Assembly (NCBI GenBank): GCA_964016885.1
Contig: OZ024754.1
Span: 40,796,001-40,860,000 of the forward strand
Reading direction: 5' to 3'
DNA length: 64,000 bases
Origin: Eledone cirrhosa
Lineage: Eukaryota
Position 1 is the stretch's first letter; each line of letters begins with the position of its first letter. The notes under the pieces are model-generated. The model was not told the DNA's origin. It saw nothing but the letters and a program-made list of their open reading frames with translations, and made no database searches. Shown here piece by piece: positions 26,663-38,700 of this stretch. The translations under genes were made by a program, and so were the position numbers.

Positions 26663-27286
26663 GTTGGATAGTGTTAACACGAACTTTTCAGAACGTTTTT
26701 AACATTCTCTGACGAAATAAAGTGGGGTGAACTATCTTTATATGTGCTGTTTTTTCATTCCAAATTGAAAAAGTATTATTCCATCATCATCATCGTTTAA
26801 CGTTCATTTTTTTCCATGCTAGCATGGGTTAGGCGAGTTGTCCTCTTGTGAGACAAGCCAGGTCGAAGGACCGTGTTTTAAATCACACACAACTGATTTT
26901 GGTTCGTTTCTACGGCTGGATGCCCTTCCTACCGCCAACCCCACTTACAGTGAGTACTGGGTGCTTTTTGTCATGATACCTACACAACCACTTTACAGTG
27001 TGGGTTGGGTGCTTTTTGTTGTATACCTATATGACCACTTTGCAGTGAGAATTGGGTGCTTTTTGTTGACACTTACACAACCACTTTACTATGATGTGGG
27101 CTGGGTGATTTTTGTTGTGGCTCCTACCTGGCCACTTTACAGTGGGATGTGCTTTTTGTTGTGATACTTATATGACCACTTTGCTGTATGGACTGGGTGC
27201 TGTTTGTTGTGTCATCTACATGACCACTTTACAATATGTTATATTACATATTTCCATTCTGACCAATTTCATCGATAAATTAAATA

Positions 27287-27538
27287 ATATTGTTATACTT
27301 TGGGAGCGTCATGTTGCCAATAAGAAACACACGCACCAGTTGCTTTCACTTCAATTTATTATAATAAATTTATAAATTTCCGGTTGGTTGGTTTGAACTT
27401 TGACAATATATAAACAACCATCTGGTTGTGGAACCAACCAACCGGAAATTTATAAATTTATTATAATAAATTGAAGTGAAAGCAACTGGTGCGTGTGTTT
27501 CTTATTGGCAACATGACCCTCCCAAAGTATAACAATAT
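27287..27538. repeat. Near-perfect palindrome, ~107-bp arms, ~38-bp loop
   Basis: ATATTGTTATACTTTGGGAG...TTCCGGTTGGTTGGTT vs AACCAACCAACCGGAA...CTCCCAAAGTATAACAATAT; one mismatch seen. Confidence 0.93.
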
Positions 27539-29029
27539 CGGTTTCAACACACGTTTTCAGATAAAGAATCTTGCTAAACAAATTCAGAAACGAAATTAAA
27601 TAATATTGTTTATCAATCAATATTCTTGATATTTTTTCTATTTACATTCAGTATTTAACAATCTTTCCAAATTGTGGTGTTTTATAATTGTCATTATTTC
27701 ATGAGTTTGAGGGTGGTGGATTAGTTGTAATCAGTAGAGTATAGGACATGCTTTGAGGCATAGAGTTACAGCTCTTTACGTTCTGAGTTCAAATCCTGAC
27801 GAGGTTAAATTAGCCTTTCATCCTTACAAGTTTGATAAAATAAACTTCTTTTTATATTCTGGGTTCAAATCTCACTATTTTCAAGCTGGTTTTTATCTCT
27901 CAATCTATCACCGTCCGTTATCACCTTAACCCATTTGCATTACTTTATGTTTACTATTGTATTTTTGCGTTAAAGGCTTTACCTTACATAATATCGAATC
28001 TATGAGATTTTAAGAAGACTACCTAAGCGGCCAGTTTGAACACAGAGGTGAGAGAGTTCTGGTTGGTTTAAATACTAAAGGAAATGTTCTACATACACAG
28101 TTGGGTCTCACATATATTATATCCTGATTAAAACTTGTAGATTATCTATTATTAGACAAAGATTCTCTCTCGTGATTCTAAAAGTATGCAAGATAATTCC
28201 AATAGGATAAGCTAATTCAAATCTTTGGAAAATAAAATACAGAGGAGAATGGTTGTTGTCTTTAAAATGTTTCAGTAAAGAGGTTCAAAGTTAACATGTG
28301 GTAGGACTTTGGGGTTGATTTGGAATCAAAGTATTTTGGCAGACCATCTGCCGACTTTGTAATGAGTCCTCCTCCACGTTATCAGAAATGTATCTGGGGG
28401 GTTCTCTCTTCAGTGAGGTGGAGAAAATATTTTGCTGATGTAAGCATCTGATGTACACAAGGTGCATCTGGGAACAATGACTAATCTCTTGGAGGCTGAG
28501 GTCACATGAGCAATTAAAGAACTCAAATGTGGCAAGGCTACTAAGGAGGATGGAATTCGCTCAGAGATGGTTAAATGCCTTAGAGAAAGTATTCTATGGC
28601 TAACCTGTGTGTGCCAGGTGGCCTGGATCTCTGGAAATATTCCTAAGCAATAGCAATCGAGAATGATAACCCTAATTTTCAAGATTATAGGGATCATGTC
28701 CAAGCTAGCTGAACAGGTTTTCACCCTGGACACAGTGCAGGTCTTTGAGCAATCACAGAAGTATTGTCAAGAAGTGTGTTTGTTTCGTAAGCCTTGAAAA
28801 GGCACACAGTCATGTTCCACTGGACCTATTGTGGAAGTTTCTGCAGGAGTATGAGATTGATGGACAGCTTGTCCTGAAGTTTCTATATGATGCTAAGTCG
28901 AAACCATTCAATGTGGGTGTTGGACTCCATTAAGGGTGAGTAACTGTCATATCTGTCAGCACATATTTCGTTGTTCTTCTATACTACTATAATACATCCA
29001 TCATATGCTCATTTGGTTTCTTTCCAATT

Positions 29030-30350
29030 TTCATAACCTCCACACACAAAGCCCAAGTCTCACTTCTCTGCTGTATTGTTCACATATGTCATACAATCTG
29101 CCTTGCACTCTGAAGGAGAAACCATCACAGGTCGTAGCTCCCGGAACTTTTTCCAACCAGTTCTGACTCTGGTAACTGTACATTCAGAACATCCACCACT
29201 GCTAATTTGGTCCCCTAAGTAACAGAAGCTGTCAACTACCTCAAGAGAGCCATCTAAGCACTGGGTTTCTTTCTTGTGAGCTTTCGCTGCTCATGGTTTG
29301 GGGCATCTGTCAAATATGAAGCCGTCATTCTTTGCTAACCTGCCAGAGATCCCACTACATCTTGTACCCATAACTTACATTTTATACATAAGATGAAATT
29401 TCTACCTACTCCTTCCCTATATACCAAGCTACACCATTTAGGTAATAAGAGCCTGTTTTCTTTTATAGAATGAGGTACTCTGTCAAAACCTCTCTCCGCG
29501 TAAATGAATGCTAGGTAGTGTGGCTTACTCTTAGCTAGGTACTTCTGCAGCTGCTTCTCAAGGAAGAGGGAATCTGTGGTACATTGGTAAAGCACAAAAC
29601 TAAACTACATCTTCTCTGTGTTAATTCTATCCCTAATTAGTTGTGCAATAACTCCTTTTGTGACTTTTATAAGCTGGTCCATCAACTTGATGCCTCTATA
29701 GTTTCCTCTGTCTGGTGCATATCCTTTGCCTTTGTAGCAGTTAACGATGTTGCTACACCAGTCACTGATATGGCTCCATCTGTTGCATGTCCTCCAACCT
29801 CTAACCTTGACAGTTAAGCTGCCTTACCTTACAATACTGCTACTAACTTGGATGGCTGGTCCCTCAGCTGCATCTACATGCGATAACCACACGTCATCCC
29901 ATGCGTTTTCTTCATTCAACAGTCTCTCATAATGGCACTTCCAAGCTTCCTGCTTTTCAGCAGTGGTGAGGGCATGTTCACCATTGTTATGAATGCACTA
30001 ATTTCCCTAACACACTTCCTTGCAATCTGGAACACCTCATGCCTTTAGTCCTCTTAGCTTACAACATATGCAAACTTCTTACTTTCTGTCTCCACATATC
30101 TCCATATAGTTCCTCACTTCCCTGCTTGTTTCTTAGCTTTAATTACTTCATCTACCCTTTTATTCCACTGCCATGTTACACTGTTTTCTTGGTGTCTTGC
30201 ACTAGCTAGATCTTGTCTGCAGTTTTCAGCCATTTGTCTCACAAAACCCTCACTTTCCCTCTACATCTTACATTTTGATCTCCTCTGCCTTGTAATAAAT
30301 AGTAGGTCTTTCTTGAATTTGTCCTTAGCTGAGGTTTCTTTTATCTTCCA
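29030..30350 (-). mobile_element. Degenerate RTE LINE fragment
   Basis: Minus-strand peptides LQKYLAKSKPHYLAF..FDRVP and GVGRNFILCIKCKLWV match the 40955 element; multiple frameshifts. Confidence 0.8.
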
Positions 30351-30355
30351 TGTCT

Positions 30356-31095
30356 TATGAGGGGCAACTGAAAAGTTTTAAACTTCACACAGAAAACAGA
30401 TATGCAAATGAAATTTTGTCTGTGAAACCTGTGACATCTTACAGTGGTGGCCAGGTTTCATGGTCTAAACATTTTTTCATTTTTTTTTCTCAAATTCTTA
30501 AAGTTGATGTACTCAGGCATTTTATGAAAAATGGAGAAACTCGAGTACTGAGCAGTGATCAAGTATCTGCAAGGCATGACCCAAGCTGAGATCCACAAGG
30601 ACATGCAAGACACATTAGGGGAAAATGCCCCATCATAGGCCACAGTCAAACGCTTGGGTCAATGAATTCAGGTGTGGGAGGCCATCAACAGTGACCAAAC
30701 CAGAGAACATTGACCCTGTCCTGGGGATGGTGATGGAGGATTGACAACTGTCATCTCATCAGAAAGCAAACATGTTATGCATCTTCCAGGTGTGAACCAA
30801 TAATATTTTGATGGATGAGTTTGGTTTGAGAAAGGTGTCTGCATGCTGGGTCCCACATATTTTGAGTACGGAACAGAAGTGCCCTCATCACACCATGTCT
30901 ACCAATAATTTGGAACTTTTTGAAGATGATCCAGAAGATTTCCTGCCACAACTTGTAACCATGGATGAGCCCTGGGTCCATCAATACCAACCTGAAATAA
31001 AAGAGCAGTCTAAACAGAGCCGGCTGAAAAGTTCATAGGCTGACCAAGATACTCTCATGGAATGACCAAGTGAGGCTTATTTTTTGACATAGTCC
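30356..31095 (+). mobile_element. Mariner transposase relic
   Basis: TA-TGAGGGG..CTGAAAAGTT terminal repeat-like start; peptides AVIKYL..MTQAEIHKDMQDTLGENAPS, GLRKVSACWVPHIL and LVTMDEPWVHQYQPEIKEQSKQ (WVPHxL motif and first catalytic D). Disrupted. Confidence 0.85.
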
Positions 31096-31121
31096 CTGGC
31101 TGAAAAGAAACAATGCAGTCT

Positions 31122-31590
31122 CCTCAATCTCTCTATTTCTTCTTTAATTTCTGATGAAGGACAAGCGTCTGAGGCATTAAGACTCTTTTCCTAAAATATT
31201 TCTTCATTGTACTGTGTTGTTTGCTTTGTTGTTTCTGTTTACCTTTTCCCACACACACACACATTATATATATATATGGTCAGTATTCCGGTGATTTGAT
31301 CAGGCAAACACTATATTTAAGGTCGAACGACGTAATTTCTAGTGATTAGCGGCTTTTAGACTCATCTGATTAATGAAACAATTGTTAATACTGTAAATAA
31401 ACCCTTTTTGTTATTCTTCATTCTTTTACTATATATGTAAAAGGTAAACAGAAACAACCACACAATCGGTACAGTACATGGAAATGATATATTAGGTTAA
31501 CGCTTGATATAGCAGGAAGAGGTTCTTAACGTTTCGGATGCTAGTCCTTCATCAGAAGAAAGAATGAGAAATAAGATAGATTGAGGGACG
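31122..31590. mobile_element. Penelope-like pseudo-LTR pair in inverted orientation
   Basis: 31122-31248 and 31437-31590 are diverged reverse complements, each carrying a CTGATGAAGGA hammerhead-like core. Confidence 0.6.
31523..31560 (-). ncRNA. Minimal type I hammerhead ribozyme motif
   Basis: Minus strand: UUCUU-CUGAUGA-A-GGA-CUAGCA-UCC-GAAA-CG-UU-AAGAA. Complete core, 5-bp stem I, 3-bp stem II, palindromic ACGU stem III. Confidence 0.6.
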
Positions 31591-34500
31591 GGCGAGATGG
31601 AATTGGAAAAAATGTCTTTAGAACAGGTCCATTAATGTTGACATGAGAGTAGAGAGACAAAGTAAATCTGTTCTTTAGACCATGCTGGAGCACTGGTTTC
31701 AGGTGTTTTTCTGTTTTTGCATGTCTTTAAATTTTTCGAGAAAGCAAAGAAAACATTGTAATGAAAATATTATTAACAAGATGTTGGAAAAATTGAAATA
31801 ATATAATATAAAAATAAAAATTCAACATGTTGAAAATGTTATTAACAAATTTTTTATCTCTTTCATTTTGTTGTAATGAGAAAAATGAAACATACAATAA
31901 ATGAACACTATACCAGTAATTTGATAATTCAGTGAAAGGTGGTGAATGAATTCATTGCTCCTGAGTTACATATTAAATTGTATGAAATGGACTTTAATCA
32001 GTAAAGAAAAGAAAATCAAAAATATTTCTTTAAATATCTATGATTATCTTAACCCTTTTGATACTAAACTCCTTGACACTGCCCCTAGTTCTATGATACA
32101 TTATTGGTTTCAAATACTTTATCATCATCATAATTTTGTCCTCTGTTCTATGCTCACACAGACAAGTCTTTTTTTCAGTACCACATTTCTCCACTAGTCA
32201 CGTTCCTTTGCCAAGTGTTTATATTTATCTAAAGAAAAGAAACATTCCATGAAAGTTTAATATAAGAACCTTTAAGTTATGTTCCAAAAACATTTGAAAG
32301 TTATATTATTAAATCCATCCAAATTCTTAATTATTCTCAAAATGATTCGAAATGATAGGCAGTGATTTTTCATTAGAAATATGGTAACGAAAGGGTTAAA
32401 TATAAAAACATATTGGCAGAAATTAACGATATTGTATAAGTAAATAGAAAAAATCCAATTAATTTAAGATCAATGTTATTGAGGAAGGCTTTGCAAGGGG
32501 AAACAATTCTATATTCTTTGCTGCTTACCGTGCTATGATACATCAGTGTATAAATAGAATAATTATAAATAATATATAAGTTTATCCTGGCTTCAATCGG
32601 GGGTAACCACAGTAAGTAAGGTACTTAATAAACAGCAGAGTATAAATATTTGATATAGAAATGGCTTCTACAGGACTAGAACTGTTTAATTCAGGAGAAA
32701 CGAGGAAGTACTGATGATTTCTCCTGAATGAAACAGTTCTAGTCCTGTAGAAGCCATTTCTATATTAAATATATATAATTACTATATTTATACACAGATT
32801 TGGGGTGAAAAAATGCACCTATTATATCATGGAAGAGTTTTTTGTAAGCAGTTTTTTGAATTTCTGAATTGCTAAAATCTCCATATATCTGTAAAGAAAA
32901 GGTTTTCAGTCAACAAACGTATGTACTGTGCCTGCATATATATATACATATATACACACACACACATATGTGAGGTATTAAAACATCAAATATGTTTGAT
33001 TTTTGTGCTTCTCAATAAAAAAGCTTAATAGACTTTGTCCAGAACTATAAGTTTAAAATTAAAAGATATATATAAAGAGAGAAAAGACCATATATCCAAG
33101 AGAATACATAATATATTGTGTATTCTCTTGGATATATGGTCCTTTCTCCCTGTCTATATATATATATATATATATAAATAAAGAAATCTCTATATATATA
33201 TATATATATACTTTATAAACAACAAAGAGTATTTAGTACTAGGATGAAACGATCTTTAGTGATTAAATGTTCTAAACATTTTTTATTGTTGTTTATAAAG
33301 TATTTCTGCTCTGTAATATACTTATTTTACATTGACCTATTCTCATACTTCTAATTGGTAATATTTAATATATATATACATACATATTTAATTTAATTAC
33401 ATAATAAAGAGCACTCTTCTTTCCTTAACCTTTTCTACAGAAATACTTATATATATATATATTGGTGTGTAAATCATCTTTATTTTACACTGAATACTTG
33501 GGTTTTGTAGGTATAGTAGAAGGTATGCTGTATTTTACATCTTATTCTCATAGAAAAAAAAAATAAGGTGTGAATATATATTGCAATTTAATTTTGATTT
33601 TAAATTTGATAGTGATAGATATATGAATGAAGAAATTTACTCAGAAAATATTTAAAATTTCTATGTCTAACCTATCTGGTATTATAAGTATCAGCAAGGA
33701 CATTTCAATCTTAAAGCATGAAAGTTAACATTTTGTTTATGACAATTGAAATGAAAGAAAGAAAAAAAATTCTACTTTACAGTTCACACCTATGTAGGCT
33801 TAGCTGGTCTCATATAAGGTAACATCTTATAGTAGGTTTCTTAAGTGTTTCAATGATAAAGTCCTCAGTCCTATCAAGCAACACGAAATGAAGCATTTTG
33901 TCCTAAGAAGACGTGCCACCCAGTCCAGGAATGGATTGTACAGCCTTATGATCACAAATATCAGCTGGCCTCATATGAGGTAACATCTTATAGTAGGTTT
34001 CTTAGGTGTTTCAATGATAGGGTCCTCAGTCCTATCATAAGCAACACGAAATGAAGAATTTTGTCCCAAGAAAATGTGCCACCCAGTCCAGGAATGGACT
34101 TATGATCACAAATATCACCCTTATCACTAGGACAATTGCAGCAAAGAATGTCTTCATTTTATTAGAATTATTGGAAACTCAGTTTATTTCACCTAATCTT
34201 TTAATTTCCATACTGTCATACCACTGACATTAAAAAAAAAAAAAAAAAAAAAACTGATTTATTTCATAAACTGTAATTTGGTTCCATAAGAAATTGTTAA
34301 AAATTCTTGTTTGGCAGGAAAGCTAAGTTGTTTAAGAGCAAGAAAATATTTGTAATTTTGCAAACTTAAAAGCTCATACTTTTTGTTCTGGAATGTTAAG
34401 TTTGTCATTTAATGCATTAAGTACAGAAAAATAGAAAATGAAACATTTCTGATATTATCCCTTTAATGTTCAAACCGGCCAAAATTCTCTACTTCTTTCT

Positions 34501-35160
34501 GTTGAAACTGGCCACTCATACTGATGTTAATGTATTGTTCTCAAAATAAATACTTTCAAAATCTCATAGATTCGATATTATGCGAGGTAAAACCTTTACC
34601 ATGAAAATATAATAAGTATATATAGAGTAATGTGAATGCTAAAGGGTTAAATCGTTTAAATAAAAAAAATCCCTTTTAAGCAGTGTAGTTCATTAGAAGA
34701 AAAGAAAAATGTCAAGTTATCCCAGCAACATTTGATATTTTCGTAAAGAATTATAAACAAGTAATTATAATTTTAGAATTTTAATAATAGAAAAGGGTAA
34801 TTAATGACAAGATGATATGAAAACAACTTTTGAGTGTTCTATTCAACTAAGAAAATAATACACAGTAGCAATTGTTAATATACTTAACAGTTTTTATAGC
34901 ATAGAATGTAAACCTTGAAATATTGTGAGTCCTATGCTAAAATGTCAATGGAATTTAGCAAAGTTTAGGTGGAAACTCTTACCAAAAGAGTTACTGTGAG
35001 TGTCTCTAAACTGAAAGGGGGAGAGGCAGGAGGCAAGAGAATGTAAAAAAAAAAAAGAAAAGAAAAAATCAACAGAATGATAAATAATTGGATTCAGACT
35101 TCTAGAACAAGAGCCAAAATGTAATGTAATGTTATATATTAAAAAAAATTATATATATTT

Positions 35161-38100
35161 TCACTGATCATCAATATATTCAAATGGCTCTGGAGGTTCT
35201 GGTTCTGCTTCTTCTTCAACTTTTGGCCCTCCTGTAGCAATAGGTTCTACAAGGGCTTCAGGATCCTCTGGTTTATGATTGTGTAACATTATGATTCCTC
35301 CACTAGTTACATCTTTCATTGGAGTATATACCGAGGAACTTGGCATGGTGATCACTCGCAGCTGAGCACGCATAGCTCGAGCTGGGTTGTCTAGTAATTC
35401 AAAGTTAGCTTCAGGCTTCTTTTCTTTTTCCTCTTCTTTGCCATCTTCTTTCTTATCCTTATCCTTGTCTTTGTCCTTGTCCTTGTCTTTCTCTTTCTCT
35501 TTGTCTTCTTTTTTCTCTTCCTTTTTCTCTGTTTTAGCAGTCTTTTTTTCTGGTTCATCTGAAGTTTCTTCATCTACATCCATTTTCTCCGGTTTATCTT
35601 TCTTTTCAGCTTCCTTTTTCTTCATCTGTTTCGCTGTAGTACTGAGGACAGCAGTTTTAACCTTTTCTTTCGTTTTGTCTTTCTTTTCTTCTAAATGAGG
35701 AGGGTAGGCAAATGTGGAAGGTTTTGCATTAGAATGAAAATGTACTTTTGGCATTCTTAAGCTGTTGTTCAGTCCAATAATACAAGTCGGCTTAAATGCC
35801 AAAGATAAAAAGTGAGTAAGAGGATACCAAAACCAATACTGACAAAACACCAACATTCCTACAACAGCTTCCATATTGGTATGACCTGTGCGAGATTGAA
35901 GAGAAATAGTAACATTTCGACCACCGGCATCCAATATTCCTTGAGCTAAGATAGCGCCAAATTTTGCCATAACATCATCATGTTTGTCGGTAATTACTTT
36001 AGTATATAATTGACGGAAGTCTGCAACTTTTGGACAAGTTATTTCGTTTTGCTGAACAAGAACGAGAGCTGAAGCAATGAGGGCTCCTTGGCGCACATAG
36101 TTGACAGGGTCATTAGTCATAGGTTCCAACAGTTTAAGAGCTTCTTTCAAGCCTGTACCAGAACAAGCAATACCTAGAGCCATTGCAGCACCAAATCTAA
36201 CATGTGGGTTATAACTTTCTGATAGTAAAGAGACAACTTGCGGGCATTTTTCAGGTGTTCGAAACAAAAGAAATCCAAGTGAAGTGACAGCAACACGCCT
36301 TACATCATCGTTGACATCACTAACAGCAATATGGAGCAATTTACGGATTGCTTGGTTGTTGCCAGAGCCACAGTATGCCATAGCAAGAGTGTACATGCCG
36401 GACCAACGAAGAATTGGATCTTTATCTTGTGAAAGTTCTTTAACTAATTCATCAGAATCTTCCATTCGACCATACATGGTGAGAGCAATACCAACAGACA
36501 AACCCCGAAGAATTTTCTCATGCTGAGTGTCTCGTGCATATGCAAGCATCTCCTCATATTTTGTAGTCCCAAGCCTAACTAACCCCATAGCAAGTCCTGC
36601 TGCTTCCCCGGTGACTGCATCATCTTTGTACAAATTTTCTCGAAGTTGCATATAGGTGCTATCTTCATCAGTACCCATTGCTGCAAGACCTAAACCAAGA
36701 CAACCTCCGTGCCTTACCATTTCATTTGTGGCATCTTTAAGTTGATTATCTAAATAGTTTATAATAAGTTCCCGTCCATGGTTAGCATGAATTAATCCGA
36801 GAGCATAAAGACCGCCCCCTTCTGAGTAGTTAGATCCCGGACTCGAATCTTTCGGTAGATATGTAGACATATATTTCAATACATCATTTTCATGGCCTTT
36901 ATGAATTACACCAAGACTTGCAGTTGCAGTGAATTTAGCCCAGGTAGTGGCTCGGCTTAACCAGTCTAAATTGTCGCGTAGAAACTGATCACTTGTGGTT
37001 CCACAATGCATAAAAGCATTGGCAATAACAGTGGCAGAATGACACAAAGAGTTACGGACAGCATCTTTGGTGTTCTTCAGAATCAATGGATCCGTCTTAT
37101 TGTTTTTAATAAGGAAATGAAGATGGAATTTTATGGTATTTTCTCCTCCAAGAATTTCCCAAAGTTTGTTAATTTTCTCCTGATTTTTTTCATCTTCAGT
37201 TAAAGTTGGAGTTGGTGGTGCTGGGGTCATGGCACCAGCCTCTGCTGGTTTATCCCCATCAACCTCCATTTTCTCTTCCTTGTCTTCCACACCTGATGCT
37301 GGTTTCTCCCCTTCAACCTCCATTTTCTCACCCTTGTCTTCCACACCCGATACTGCTTTCTCCCCACTTACTTCCAATTTCTTTTCCTTGTCTTCCACAC
37401 CCGAATCCCCAACAGGTTTTTCTTCATCGATTTTGGAGGAATCAGAAACGTCTGGAGCCACCGGCTTCTTAAGACAGCCCCGTACTTGTTGGAGAAACTG
37501 TTGGGTAGCACTCTCATACAAGTCAAATGCAATTTGAAGGGCTTTCAGTTGAGACTCTTCATTTTCTTTAATCAATTTCTTCAGAATATCAGCAACAGAT
37601 TTGTGGTCATCTAAGAAAATATAACATTGGCATACACTAATATAATCTGGAGACTTAAGATCCATGTAGAGCTTGGTAAGAACACGTAATACTTGGTTTC
37701 TGAAATGTCTACTCATTATATGAGATAAACAAACTTTTAAACTATATGCTAACATAGCAGCAGGATCGTCAGATTTCGAAACTGCCTTTTCAAACATATC
37801 AATTCTCCTTGTTTCCAAAGCAATCCCTACAACTTGTTTATATTGTTTATCTTCAAAACATCTTTGAAACATTCGATTAACAACAACTTCGAGTCTAGGA
37901 TCCATCTTTTTTTCATCGTCTTTTGTTTCCTGCATAGAAACCTGCATTTTTGTATATTGGTCCATACATTTAGCTTTGATCGTAGAAACATATTCAGAAG
38001 TATCAGTAACATCAAACAATTCATGTGCCCCCAAAGCAAACTTAAGTGAGTCTTCATAAGACCCAAGATGATAATAAACTTTAGAAGCAACTAATGCAGC

Positions 38101-38292
38101 CAGATCCCGGTAACGGAAATCCTTATTTTCATACAATACCTCGATTTTTACTACCGCGTCAGCTATTTCAGCCCAAAATACATCTACGATCTTGTTTAGT
38201 TTCTTCAAGGCAAATACCTTCAGTTGTTCGTCCGTTTCGTCCAAGAGAGATATAACTCCTGAAGCCGAAGTCACATGAGTTTTCATCTTCAT
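35161..38292 (-). CDS. PSMD1: 26S proteasome non-ATPase regulatory subunit 1 (Rpn2), intronless
   Basis: Uninterrupted ~1043-aa ORF (first ATG 38292; the ORF track starts at an upstream TTG). [54 protein letters not shown] repeats ([14 protein letters not shown]), SYNPHVR, and C-terminal [10 protein letters not shown]. Confidence 0.97.
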   Translation of the reverse strand: MKMKTHVTSASGVISLLDETDEQLKVFALKKLNKIVDVFWAEIADAVVKIEVLYENKDFRYRDLAALVASKVYYHLGSYEDSLKFALGAHELFDVTDTSEYVSTIKAKCMDQYTKMQVSMQETKDDEKKMDPRLEVVVNRMFQRCFEDKQYKQVVGIALETRRIDMFEKAVSKSDDPAAMLAYSLKVCLSHIMSRHFRNQVLRVLTKLYMDLKSPDYISVCQCYIFLDDHKSVADILKKLIKENEESQLKALQIAFDLYESATQQFLQQVRGCLKKPVAPDVSDSSKIDEEKPVGDSGVEDKEKKLEVSGEKAVSGVEDKGEKMEVEGEKPASGVEDKEEKMEVDGDKPAEAGAMTPAPPTPTLTEDEKNQEKINKLWEILGGENTIKFHLHFLIKNNKTDPLILKNTKDAVRNSLCHSATVIANAFMHCGTTSDQFLRDNLDWLSRATTWAKFTATASLGVIHKGHENDVLKYMSTYLPKDSSPGSNYSEGGGLYALGLIHANHGRELIINYLDNQLKDATNEMVRHGGCLGLGLAAMGTDEDSTYMQLRENLYKDDAVTGEAAGLAMGLVRLGTTKYEEMLAYARDTQHEKILRGLSVGIALTMYGRMEDSDELVKELSQDKDPILRWSGMYTLAMAYCGSGNNQAIRKLLHIAVSDVNDDVRRVAVTSLGFLLFRTPEKCPQVVSLLSESYNPHVRFGAAMALGIACSGTGLKEALKLLEPMTNDPVNYVRQGALIASALVLVQQNEITCPKVADFRQLYTKVITDKHDDVMAKFGAILAQGILDAGGRNVTISLQSRTGHTNMEAVVGMLVFCQYWFWYPLTHFLSLAFKPTCIIGLNNSLRMPKVHFHSNAKPSTFAYPPHLEEKKDKTKEKVKTAVLSTTAKQMKKKEAEKKDKPEKMDVDEETSDEPEKKTAKTEKKEEKKEDKEKEKDKDKDKDKDKDKKEDGKEEEKEKKPEANFELLDNPARAMRAQLRVITMPSSSVYTPMKDVTSGGIIMLHNHKPEDPEALVEPIATGGPKVEEEAEPEPPEPFEYIDDQ

Positions 38293-38700
38293 AGTTTCGA
38301 CAATGTTCAACTTTTAATACGGAACAAAGTTGTCATACACAACGTGACACAGCAGTAGTACAAGCAGGAAAATGGCGCCGGTCTGCTGACACCTTTACTT
38401 GCGAGAGTAGTAAACTAATACTTGAAACTCTCCGCTAAAAAGAGTGGTATTTCTATTACTTGCTTATCTGCCCCTGTTTCTCTAACTGAGAGCAGGAGTG
38501 GTATTTCTGTTACTTGCTTATCTGCCCCCTGTTTCTCTAACTGAGAGCAGGAGTGGTATTTCTGTTACTCGCTTATCTGCCCCTGTTTCTCTAACAAGAG
38601 CAGGAGTGGTATTTCTGTTACTCGCTTATCTGCCCTTGTATATTTGACTGAGGGCATCTTGTTGGTAGGCGAAGGTCAGCATGAAGTTAACTGGTAAGAA
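38293..38700. promoter_or_regulatory. Putative bidirectional promoter of PSMD1 and the + strand small-protein gene, with a candidate non-coding first exon
   Basis: YY1-like AAAATGGCG at ~38370 in + orientation; donor-like CTG|GTAAGA at ~38694; the next good acceptor (TTCTTTAG) is at 43769, just before the small ORF. Confidence 0.4.
38442..38637. repeat. ~54-bp tandem repeat, ~3.6 copies, next to the PSMD1 start
   Basis: GAGTGGTATTTCTGTTACT(T/C)GCTTATCTGCCC at 38442, 38496, 38551, 38604. Confidence 0.93.

Noticed and set aside
34232-34253. Poly(A) tract as the retrocopy tail of PSMD1
   Set aside because: It is A-rich on the + strand, so poly(T) relative to the minus-strand gene; wrong polarity.
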